From the IMG/VR virus record IMGVR_UViG_3300027782_000040: a DNA stretch of 64,000 bases; one strand, given 5' to 3'. Origin of the DNA: a virus. The position numbers and the translations under genes were made by a program. Under the pieces are notes generated by a model. It did no database searches. It saw only the letters and a program-made list of their open reading frames with translations, and was not told where the DNA came from. Positions 42,580 through 51,135 of this stretch are shown here, in pieces (the first letter of the stretch is position 1; each line of letters starts with the position of its first letter).

Positions 42580-43718
42580 TGAAAATATTAAAAATTGGAA
42601 ATTCTTTAATATTTGGTGTTGAACATTATAACATGAATGATGTTAAAAAAGTTTTCAATTACGTAAAAAAATATTATAAACCAGAAGATAGGGTAGTTTT
42701 TATGGGTGAAGGCGGGGATGACAATAATGTTTACGAAAAAGGTGGTGAACAAGAGGAAATAAAAAATAAATTAGAAAACTATTTTACTAATTTTATAAAT
42801 GATTCTTGGGACGGTAAAGAAACAAACGTATTAAATCCAAATTCTAACCTTTTCAAAGAAATAAGTTCAAGAACTGAACTATCACGTGACAAAACTATGG
42901 CTGCGGTTTATGTGATTATTGTGGGACAAACAAGAATACCGGAGGAAATGATTAGTTTATTAACAAAAGAGGGGGAAAATTGGATAAGAAGTTTTGATAT
43001 AAAAAATCCTAAAAACCCAAGTAACGAAGATATGGATTTGATGTACGATTTATGTTTTCCTCAAGATACTAATAATTCTGAAACTGAAATGTCAAAAATA
43101 ACGGATATTTTCAATGAGGTAAGAGATGAGAATTTATTGAAAAAAATAAAAAACTATCATAAAAATGGTTACACGGTAATAGCCACCGTAGGGGAAGGAC
43201 ATATAGATTTATTAAAAAATACAAAATTGAAGAAAGTGGAAGCTAAAGAAACTGATTGTGGTTCTTCTGGTTCATTCGAAGGACCTCTATTTGGTAAATC
43301 GGACGTTATTAAGAGACCTATCTCTAAAATCCCTAACATGGACCTCAAAGAGGAGGCCGAACTCAAAGAAGTGACCGCAGGTGACGCAGGACAGTATGAT
43401 GTTCCTTTATTTGGTAAATCACCCAAAGGCCGTAGAAACCCATTAAAAATAGATGGACCTAAAAGTATCTACAAAGGTAGATCGGTAACAGATAAGAACT
43501 TTCCTAAATGGGGAGGTCCTGATAGTGTTTTTGTAAAAGTAAAAGAGAAGTGTAAGAAATTCCCTTATTGTGACCAAGGTAATACAGGAGCAATAGAATT
43601 CATACACGAAGACGATGAATTACAAGAATCTATTAAGGAAATATCAAAAAAATACGGAATTCTACATAAAGATGTGGAAAATATCGTATTAAATGAGATT
43701 AACAAGATATTTATTTAA
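42579..43718 (+). CDS. Hypothetical protein (probable head-associated)
   Basis: ATG at 42579 overlaps the upstream TAA. Duplicated GxFxxPLFGKS motif and KCKKFPYCDQG. Confidence 0.65.
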   Translation: MKILKIGNSLIFGVEHYNMNDVKKVFNYVKKYYKPEDRVVFMGEGGDDNNVYEKGGEQEEIKNKLENYFTNFINDSWDGKETNVLNPNSNLFKEISSRTELSRDKTMAAVYVIIVGQTRIPEEMISLLTKEGENWIRSFDIKNPKNPSNEDMDLMYDLCFPQDTNNSETEMSKITDIFNEVRDENLLKKIKNYHKNGYTVIATVGEGHIDLLKNTKLKKVEAKETDCGSSGSFEGPLFGKSDVIKRPISKIPNMDLKEEAELKEVTAGDAGQYDVPLFGKSPKGRRNPLKIDGPKSIYKGRSVTDKNFPKWGGPDSVFVKVKEKCKKFPYCDQGNTGAIEFIHEDDELQESIKEISKKYGILHKDVENIVLNEINKIFI

Positions 43719-43720
43719 TT

Positions 43721-45082
43721 ATGAAAGTAAGCGAATTAACAACAATTATCGAAAACATCGTTTCTAACGAAATTAGAAAGACAATTATGGAAGAGAATAA
43801 TGGTAAGAAAGAAGTTTATCACATAAAATGTGAAGGTATACCTTTAGCAACATTTGAATCTGAAGAAGAGGCGAACGATGCATTACCTGATTATAAGGCT
43901 AAACATAAAGATGGTGAACTAATCATCGAAAAAGGAGTTTATGAAAGTCATGATGATATGATGAATAAACTTGATGAGATGAACGACCAATTAGAAGAAA
44001 CAGAAAATATGGAAAATACAGAAAAACAACCAATGGAAGGAAACGCTTTTAGTGGAGCATTAGCAGCAGCTAAATTAAAAGGTGAAAAAGAATTTAAAGT
44101 TGGTAAAAAAGAATATGATGTAAAAGAGGAAGAAGAGTGTGACGAGTGTGGTAGTTCTTCTATGGAAGAAGAGGAAAAAGGTGATGACGATTTTGAAAAT
44201 ATGTTAAGGGGTAGAAGAAAACACAGTTATGTAGATAAAGGTGAAGAAACACCTGACGAAATGGCTGAAGAAAAGAAATCTTGTGAAAAATGTGGTAAAG
44301 AAATATGTGAGTGTGGTGTTGGGTATATGGAAGAGGAGGATATGACAGAAAACAAACAAATGTGTAATGAGTGTGGTGGTAAGATGAACGAAGAAGGTAT
44401 GTGTAATGAATGTGGGTCAAAGATGTACGAATCAAAAAAGAAGACAGTACGTTTAACTGAATCTGAATTAACTAAATTGATCGCTAAAATGGTTAGTGAA
44501 TCAATTCCTGGTTTAGATGCTGCTAAGAAATCACATAATGAAAGTGGTAAAGAGAACCAAGAATATTTGGCGTCTGTTGATAAGAAAATGAAAGATTATT
44601 TATCTTTTGATGGTAACGACAACCCTGAATTTCCTAAAGCTATCGGTAAGGGTGAAAAAGTTGCAAGAAAAAATACACCAGAACAAGAAGAAGAAATTGC
44701 AAAAAACTATGCAGGGTTAGAAAATTTAGAATATGATATTGAACCATCAGAACAATTTAAGAAAAGATTGAAGATGGCTATTGAAGGAGATACGTTGATG
44801 GGTAATGGTAAAGTAACTGAACCTGCAAGTATTAAACCATCAAACGGTGCGGAGAAAGGAAAAGAAGCAAAAGAAAAAGAAGGTAATCACATTCAAACTC
44901 CTGAAACCGCTAAAAAGATAGAAAAACAAGTTAAAGATAGAGAAGAAGATAAAAAGAATAGAGTGTTATATTCTAAAGAAAAGGTTCCAGTTAGTGAATC
45001 AAAAGTAAATTTTTCAAGTGTTCTTGACAACGAAATCAAGAAAATGAAGAATATTTCAGAATACAATAAAAAAACTCAATAA
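43721..45082 (+). CDS. Acidic putative internal head/scaffold-like protein with CxxCG repeats
   Basis: VRLTESELTKLIAKMVSE motif, CDECG/CEKCG/CNECG repeats, preceded by TATTTAT. Confidence 0.6.
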   Translation: MKVSELTTIIENIVSNEIRKTIMEENNGKKEVYHIKCEGIPLATFESEEEANDALPDYKAKHKDGELIIEKGVYESHDDMMNKLDEMNDQLEETENMENTEKQPMEGNAFSGALAAAKLKGEKEFKVGKKEYDVKEEEECDECGSSSMEEEEKGDDDFENMLRGRRKHSYVDKGEETPDEMAEEKKSCEKCGKEICECGVGYMEEEDMTENKQMCNECGGKMNEEGMCNECGSKMYESKKKTVRLTESELTKLIAKMVSESIPGLDAAKKSHNESGKENQEYLASVDKKMKDYLSFDGNDNPEFPKAIGKGEKVARKNTPEQEEEIAKNYAGLENLEYDIEPSEQFKKRLKMAIEGDTLMGNGKVTEPASIKPSNGAEKGKEAKEKEGNHIQTPETAKKIEKQVKDREEDKKNRVLYSKEKVPVSESKVNFSSVLDNEIKKMKNISEYNKKTQ

Positions 45083-45131
45083 TTTCTTTTTTTTAAATTC
45101 TTTAATCTTTATATTATAATATAATAAGGTT

Positions 45132-45587
45132 ATGGAAAATAAAGAAGGATATTTAGAGTTTGTACATTCCGAAAGTTACAAGAATCAAATTGATGTTTGG
45201 TACAGAGCTTACAACATAAGTCGTGAGAAGACAGAACTTTTCTATGACTTTCTTATGTCATTATATAATCTTTTACAAGAGACGTATTTAGGACCTGAAG
45301 TGTTTGAATTAGAGGAGGACCAAAAAAACCATTTTACATGGTGTTGGGATAAAACCATTGAAAATTTTAATAAAGAAAAGATATTTTTTAAAGAAAGGGG
45401 TAATTGTTATGAATACTGTTGGAACTTCTTTTTAGAGGCATATTATTTTGCACAACTAGATGATAATCAAATAAAAATAACACAATATTTCTTTAAATTA
45501 TTTAATTTTAAACATAGAAAGACCAGGTCCGAATTGGATATGTTGACCGAAATTTACAAATTGTTTGAACAAAACTTGAAAAAGTAG
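45132..45587 (+). CDS. Hypothetical protein
   Basis: 151-aa ORF. Confidence 0.7.
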   Translation: MENKEGYLEFVHSESYKNQIDVWYRAYNISREKTELFYDFLMSLYNLLQETYLGPEVFELEEDQKNHFTWCWDKTIENFNKEKIFFKERGNCYEYCWNFFLEAYYFAQLDDNQIKITQYFFKLFNFKHRKTRSELDMLTEIYKLFEQNLKK

Positions 45588-45627
45588 ATATTTTTCCGTA
45601 TATTCGTATTAAAAACCGAATAATATT

Positions 45628-45819
45628 ATGGAAACCTTAAATAAAATAAAGGACCTAGTAGAGAAAATGTCAGTAGATACACAAAAGGTTTATGATAAAG
45701 GAAACCGAAGTGCATCAATCAGAGCTAGGAAATACGCTCAAGAAATTAAATTACTAATTGCCATTTATCGCAAGGACATCCTTGAAGAAATTAAAAAATA
45801 CGACAATGTATCAAATTAA
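45628..45819 (+). CDS. Histone H1-like protein (Hc1 family, Bacteroidota type)
   Basis: KGNRSASIRARK...EIK...YRK matches the GNKAAGTRARK consensus. Confidence 0.8.
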   Translation: METLNKIKDLVEKMSVDTQKVYDKGNRSASIRARKYAQEIKLLIAIYRKDILEEIKKYDNVSN

Positions 45820-45982
45820 AGTATTTTTATTTGTAATCAGTATATTATTTTCAATAAGATTAATCGCTGAATTTACAATTAAATTATTCCAAGATAATCC
45901 AGAACCTTTAGTATTATCAAAAACTGAACAGGTATTGGTATATCTTGCTGCTTCATATATAATAACATTCATATTAACATAA
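45806..45982 (+). CDS. Small two-TM membrane protein
   Basis: MYQIKVFLFVISILF... with two hydrophobic segments. Confidence 0.6.
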   Translation: MYQIKVFLFVISILFSIRLIAEFTIKLFQDNPEPLVLSKTEQVLVYLAASYIITFILT

Positions 45983-45986
45983 TACC

Positions 45987-46442
45987 GTGTTTGAATCAAT
46001 AAAATCAATAAGACCATATTTCCATTCATTAAGAGAAATTGAAAATAATGTTAGTTTAGATATTAAATTACCATTGAATTGGAAATATGAAGAAATTTTA
46101 AAACCATATCGTTCGGTTGTAGTTAAAATTCAAGATAAAAATGAAAAATTTACATTAATGTCATTAATTTCAAATGCAACACAAGAAGGATATGATGTTG
46201 TTTTTGCTTGTGCATTAGAAATATTTAAAGTAAATAAAGATGAAGAAGAGAAACAAAAACTTTTTCAATCGAAAGTAAAAAAATTACAAGAACTATTTAA
46301 GAATGAGTCATTAGATAAATTAAAAGGTTTAAATTTATTAGACAATTATGGACAAGAGAATACAACAGGGATTGGAGATTCTGAGGAAGGAGATAGAGAA
46401 GGACTCGTTGGAGATAGAGACGAGCAAGAAGAGAATGATTGA
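45987..46442 (+). CDS. Hypothetical protein
   Basis: 151 aa, GTG start, acidic tail. Confidence 0.65.
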   Translation: MFESIKSIRPYFHSLREIENNVSLDIKLPLNWKYEEILKPYRSVVVKIQDKNEKFTLMSLISNATQEGYDVVFACALEIFKVNKDEEEKQKLFQSKVKKLQELFKNESLDKLKGLNLLDNYGQENTTGIGDSEEGDREGLVGDRDEQEEND

Positions 46443-46551
46443 TGAAATCAAATCACTGGATAAAAATAAAATGTTTCAGCCGAAACCAAAAAAGAAAGTA
46501 TCTATAATAGATAAGATATTAAAGATATTAGGACATGGAAAAAAAAGGTGA
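46348..46551 (+). CDS. Hypothetical basic protein
   Basis: 67 aa, bridges the flanking genes by overlap. Confidence 0.5.
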   Translation: MDKRIQQGLEILRKEIEKDSLEIETSKKRMIDEIKSLDKNKMFQPKPKKKVSIIDKILKILGHGKKR

Positions 46552-46768
46552 GTTATTAAATCAATTAGCTATTATATCGGATTTATTGGAAAAGGTAAAT
46601 GCCGAGACTAAATCAACAACAATTGTTTTTGAATTATCAAATATGGAGTTTGATAGAGTGTTTCAGAGTATACAAAAAAAATATGGAAGTAAATTGGAGA
46701 ACCCTAAAGGTAAGTTTAATATTACGATAGGGTTAATTGATATTGTATTTAATACGAATAATGTCTAA
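46535..46768 (+). CDS. Hypothetical protein
   Basis: 77-aa ORF. Confidence 0.6.
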   Translation: MEKKGELLNQLAIISDLLEKVNAETKSTTIVFELSNMEFDRVFQSIQKKYGSKLENPKGKFNITIGLIDIVFNTNNV

Positions 46769-47390
46769 AAAGTTCTTCTTTTTTAAATCCTTTAGATTCT
46801 AATAGTTTATATAATAAACTTCTTTGATGTGTGGTTATATCTTTAACAAAAAAGAAATTACCCTTTTTTCTATTCACCAAATCCTTTTTTACAATTTCAA
46901 ATAACCTATTCGCGTCATTTATATTCTTATTTCCAAATAACTTAATGTCATCATCAACTTGTACGAATAATTTATTATTTAAAGTGAAAATTTGTGCTAT
47001 TTCCGTTATAGGTAATATTTGTTCCATCATTATATGATACCTAATTCTTTTCTTTATTTGGAAATCATATATTTGTTCTTCCTGCCAATACGGGATTATC
47101 TCTTTTATTCGAAATTTATCGTCTTCAATTAATGCTGGTTGATTCCTACCCAAACTATCCCTAACATATGTTGCAGTTGCCCAACGGTTATTTGGGAAGA
47201 TAAGAGCCAATTCAAAAACTAATTCGTTTTTTTTCCTCTTACCTCCTTGTTGTTTAAGAAAGGGTGGAACTTGTTGTGTTTTAAACTCCCTCCAATATTC
47301 GTAGGCGGTAGTTCTTTTCATACTCCTATGTAATATTTTAACCCTTTTTTGATTACAGAAAAGTACTATAAAATATTTCCCGTTTTTCAT
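46749..47390 (-). CDS. Hypothetical protein (start MKNGKYF)
   Basis: Only long minus-strand gene. Its ATG overlaps the TGA of the upstream small ORF. Confidence 0.7.
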   Translation of the reverse strand: MKNGKYFIVLFCNQKRVKILHRSMKRTTAYEYWREFKTQQVPPFLKQQGGKRKKNELVFELALIFPNNRWATATYVRDSLGRNQPALIEDDKFRIKEIIPYWQEEQIYDFQIKKRIRYHIMMEQILPITEIAQIFTLNNKLFVQVDDDIKLFGNKNINDANRLFEIVKKDLVNRKKGNFFFVKDITTHQRSLLYKLLESKGFKKEELFRHYSY

Positions 47391-47539
47391 AAAAATTTTA
47401 TTATTAAAGAATAAAGACCATAACCACCTAAGATGAACCATATAATTGAAAATATAACAATTCCCTTAGGCACAAAATCCCCAGATTTAATCATCTCGTC
47501 TTTAATATTTTGTTTCTTTTTACAACTTGAACATGCCAT
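47387..47539 (-). CDS. Small membrane protein with N-terminal CxxC, 50 aa, not in ORF track
   Basis: MACSSCKKKQNIKDEMIKSGDFVPKGIVIFSIIWFILGGYGLYSLIIKFL*. ATGA overlap with the next gene. Confidence 0.7.
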   Translation of the reverse strand: MACSSCKKKQNIKDEMIKSGDFVPKGIVIFSIIWFILGGYGLYSLIIKFL

Positions 47540-47610
47540 ATTAAAATATATACTTTTAATTTCTCTTTATCAATTTTTTTTGTTATATTTTTTAATATAA
47601 TAAATGATAA

Positions 47611-48453
47611 ATGATTAGTTACATCGGAGGTAAAGCTCGTATAGGTAAATGGATAGTACCACAAATCCCGACGGATATTGAAACTTATGTGGAGGGGTTT
47701 TCAGGTATGTTTTGGGTGTTTTTTAATATGGATTTAAGTAAGTACCCCAATCTTAAAACGGTAGTATATAATGACTATAATAGGTTAAATGCTAACCTAA
47801 TGAAATGGTCTAAACAATATGATATTTTATGGGAGGAGTTAGCAAAATACCCTTGTCAACAATTAGGGGTTATAGATACACCACCTGAATATGCTGAAAT
47901 GTTTAAAGTGTATCAAAAAGAAGTGTTTAATCCTGAATTAGTTATTACTGAAGAAAATAGTTTAGATATCGCAGGAAAATACGTTTATGTATTATGTCAG
48001 ATTTTCTCAGGTTCTAAACCAGAAACATCATCATATACGGATTACAAAGGAAAATATCGTTGTAAAGTTTTAATCTTTATGGATAAACTAAAACACCCAA
48101 AGTATAGAGAACATTTTGATAAGTTAACATTTGTTGAGAATATGGATTTCCAAGATGTGGTTGAAAAATACGATTCACCAACAACATATTTCTATATGGA
48201 CCCACCATATTGGAAAACTGAAAATTACTATTCAAATCATGACTTTGATGTGAATGACCACACAAGATTGGCGGAGTGTATTAAAAACATCGAAGGTAAA
48301 TTTAGTTTATCGTATTATGATTTCCCTAAGTTGGTTGAGTGGTTTCCAAAAGACCAATATAAGTGGAATCAAAAAGATTTTAAGAAAGCGGCTGCAGCTA
48401 AAAAAGACGGAACTCAAAATGTGGGAACTGAACTTTTAATAATGAATTATTAA
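47611..48453 (+). CDS. DNA adenine methyltransferase (Dam/D12 class)
   Basis: SYIGGK, YVEGFSG, VYND, YMDPPY, TELLIMNY. Confidence 0.92.
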   Translation: MISYIGGKARIGKWIVPQIPTDIETYVEGFSGMFWVFFNMDLSKYPNLKTVVYNDYNRLNANLMKWSKQYDILWEELAKYPCQQLGVIDTPPEYAEMFKVYQKEVFNPELVITEENSLDIAGKYVYVLCQIFSGSKPETSSYTDYKGKYRCKVLIFMDKLKHPKYREHFDKLTFVENMDFQDVVEKYDSPTTYFYMDPPYWKTENYYSNHDFDVNDHTRLAECIKNIEGKFSLSYYDFPKLVEWFPKDQYKWNQKDFKKAAAAKKDGTQNVGTELLIMNY

Positions 48454-48469
48454 TTATATTTATAAAAAA

Positions 48470-49000
48470 ATGAATATGGAAACAGCATGGTATGTGGTAA
48501 AAGTTTTACCAGGGAAAGAAAGATCATTAAACGAACAATTTAATAAAGACATCGGGTTAGGTAGAATTTCTAATATTGTGAGATTTGTATGCCCAACCGA
48601 AAAAGAATTGGTTGTTCTTAAAAATAAAAAAGTTTTAAGAGAGAAAGTATTATATAGTGGATATCTTTATTTTGAATCTATTAAAAGATTACAAGATGAT
48701 GATTTAAAAGTCATATCCTTGATTCCAAATATTATGGGTATGATGGGAGATAGGATGCCAATGTTATTAAAAGAAACTGATGTAAGAAGAATATTGAAAG
48801 ATGATACATTAGAAGAACATATTGATGCAAAGAAATTAAAATACATTTCAGGAGAACAAGTTAAAGTAAACGAAGGTCCATTCACATCATTTGAAGGGAC
48901 AATATCTGAAGTTAAAGGTGACCGAGTTGATGTTGAAATAAAAATATTTGGACGTAACACTGCGGTTTCTTTAATGTTATCACAAATAGAAAAGATATAA
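48470..49000 (+). CDS. nusG: Transcription elongation/antitermination factor NusG
   Basis: WYVVKV.PGKE NGN domain. KOW domain GEQVKVNEGPFTSFEG...IFGR. Confidence 0.92.
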   Translation: MNMETAWYVVKVLPGKERSLNEQFNKDIGLGRISNIVRFVCPTEKELVVLKNKKVLREKVLYSGYLYFESIKRLQDDDLKVISLIPNIMGMMGDRMPMLLKETDVRRILKDDTLEEHIDAKKLKYISGEQVKVNEGPFTSFEGTISEVKGDRVDVEIKIFGRNTAVSLMLSQIEKI

Positions 49001-49338
49001 TGGATTTATCACCCGAAGTTTTAATTTATGTTCAGTCAGTTAAAAATTACTTTGATACAAACAAAGAAGCTGGTGAATATTTTTTAAGTGGAACTAACGA
49101 AGAGTTATTCTTTAAACATTTAACTGAAATTGCACAAAAAAATTTTAGTAAGTCAGGCGACGCAATGCTCAATAGAGAACAATTTGAATTATTACGAAAG
49201 ACAATATTGGCTTTAAGTGTGATTGAAAAAAAATCATTTACAAAAAAAGTGGAAATTAAAAGTGAGGACTTCAATTACGACAATGGAGTTTTTATCGGAC
49301 TCCCATTTCCCAATTTCGGTTTAATTTGTCTTAATTAG
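49000..49338 (+). CDS. Hypothetical protein
   Basis: 112 aa, coupled to nusG. Confidence 0.7.
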   Translation: MDLSPEVLIYVQSVKNYFDTNKEAGEYFLSGTNEELFFKHLTEIAQKNFSKSGDAMLNREQFELLRKTILALSVIEKKSFTKKVEIKSEDFNYDNGVFIGLPFPNFGLICLN

Positions 49339-49373
49339 TTTTTATTTACAAACATTTTATTTATATTTAATTA

Positions 49374-50462
49374 ATGGAAAAATTATTACCTCAAAATTAT
49401 GCAATTTACGATACTGTTTATGGAAGTGAAACACCAACAGAACAGTATTATACAATTAAGTTTGATAAGATACCTTCTAAATTTTTAGATGGTGGGACAT
49501 TTTATGACCCAATGGTTGTTGATGAAATAAAAAAATTAGGATTTGTTGAAGAGGCGAGATGTAATATAAAAAATAAAAGACACGATTCCTCTTCACAATC
49601 AATATATGTTGATGATAGTAAAGGAATCATAATTAGAGTTTATAGTAGTAACAATAACAACACAAATAAAAAATCTAAAGATGATTTATTATTATTAGAT
49701 TTTTCATATGACATTAAAAAAGGTGAATTAAAAGACCAAATAGATTTGGACGTAATTAAAATACACCAAAGACCAAAAAAGAAAGCGAGTATCCAACTTG
49801 TTAAAAGTGACATGGGTCATTTAGATACTGAAGATTATGATTTATTTGTACCACCTACTGATTTAGAATTAAACTATGGTTCTGAGTTTTTAAAAATACA
49901 CGATGTCATTGTTGATAGATTAAATTCTGAATACGATAAGGGAATTATTCTTTTACACGGAGACCCTGGTACGGGCAAGACCTCATACATTAAACATTTA
50001 ACGAGTTTAGTGAAAGACAAAGATATTTTATTCATCCCACCATCAATGGCTGAAATGTTATCTGAACCAACAATCATTCCATTTTTAATGGACCATAAGA
50101 ACTCTATATTGATTATAGAAGATGCTGAAAGAGTTATTTCAGATAGAGAAGGTAATGGTTCACCAGCTGGTGTATCTAACATTCTTAACTTAACTGACGG
50201 TATATTGGGAGATTGTTTGAACATTCAAGTTATAGCTACATTTAATATGAAAAGAGAGAAGATAGACCAAGCTCTTCTTCGTAAGGGTCGTTTAATTGCT
50301 GAACATAAATTTGAGAAGCTTTCAATTGATGATACGAACAAATTATTAAAACATTTAGAAAAAAATCAAGAAGTTGGGGAAGGTATGGTTTTAGCTGATA
50401 TTTATAACATAGACACAGAGGTCTATAAAACATCCACAAAAGGAAATAAAATAGGATTTTAA
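49374..50462 (+). CDS. AAA+ ATPase
   Basis: GDPGTGKT, LIIEDAE, ILNLTDG, IDQALLRKGRL. Confidence 0.92.
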   Translation: MEKLLPQNYAIYDTVYGSETPTEQYYTIKFDKIPSKFLDGGTFYDPMVVDEIKKLGFVEEARCNIKNKRHDSSSQSIYVDDSKGIIIRVYSSNNNNTNKKSKDDLLLLDFSYDIKKGELKDQIDLDVIKIHQRPKKKASIQLVKSDMGHLDTEDYDLFVPPTDLELNYGSEFLKIHDVIVDRLNSEYDKGIILLHGDPGTGKTSYIKHLTSLVKDKDILFIPPSMAEMLSEPTIIPFLMDHKNSILIIEDAERVISDREGNGSPAGVSNILNLTDGILGDCLNIQVIATFNMKREKIDQALLRKGRLIAEHKFEKLSIDDTNKLLKHLEKNQEVGEGMVLADIYNIDTEVYKTSTKGNKIGF

Positions 50463-50471
50463 AATTATAAA

Positions 50472-50777
50472 ATGGAATACGTTACATCCGCACAAGTTGC
50501 ACAATTACAATCAGAAGGAAAAAAATTATTAGTTCAGTACACAGCCAATTGGTGTTCACCATGTAAGGCATTAACCCCAAGATTGGCATTATTATCATCA
50601 GGATATCCTGACGTTACTTTTGTTAAGGTAGATGTGGATGAAAACCAAGACGCCGTAATGGAGTTAGGTATTAGTACTGTACCTACAATTATGATTTACG
50701 ACGGAGATACTTTAATTAATAGATCACTTGGGGCAAATATTGACAGTGTTTATACAAAAATTTTAGACACGTTATAG
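50472..50777 (+). CDS. Thioredoxin
   Basis: WCSPC, KVDVD, cis-Pro VPT. Confidence 0.92.
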   Translation: MEYVTSAQVAQLQSEGKKLLVQYTANWCSPCKALTPRLALLSSGYPDVTFVKVDVDENQDAVMELGISTVPTIMIYDGDTLINRSLGANIDSVYTKILDTL

Positions 50778-50780
50778 TTT

Positions 50781-51053
50781 ATGAGTAGTAAGGTAATTAT
50801 TTTTACACTAAATAATTGTTCTCATTGTACTGTTTTAAAAAATTTATTAACCAAAGAGAAGATAGATTTTGATGAAATAGAAATTGAGGAGAACAAAGAA
50901 ATATGGGACAAAGTAGTTTCACAAACAGGCCACAACGCAGTACCAACGGTGTTTTTACCCAATGAAGGTACAGATGAAGGGATAGTATTTGTCCCTGAAA
51001 GAGATTACGAAAGTAAGGAAGAACTCATAGAAATGATAAAAAAACATATATAA
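50781..51053 (+). CDS. Glutaredoxin/NrdH-like
   Basis: CSHC, TGHNAVPTVF. Confidence 0.88.
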   Translation: MSSKVIIFTLNNCSHCTVLKNLLTKEKIDFDEIEIEENKEIWDKVVSQTGHNAVPTVFLPNEGTDEGIVFVPERDYESKEELIEMIKKHI

Positions 51054-51084
51054 AAAAAGGGAAATAAAAAAATTCCCTTTTTTT
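51052..51084 (+). terminator. Intrinsic terminator (potentially bidirectional)
   Basis: AAAAAAAGGGAA...TTCCCTTTTTTT. Confidence 0.75.
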
Positions 51085-51135
51085 ATGCCATATACCTAAA
51101 TAAAAAGTATTTATGTAAAAGAGTTTACTTTTACA

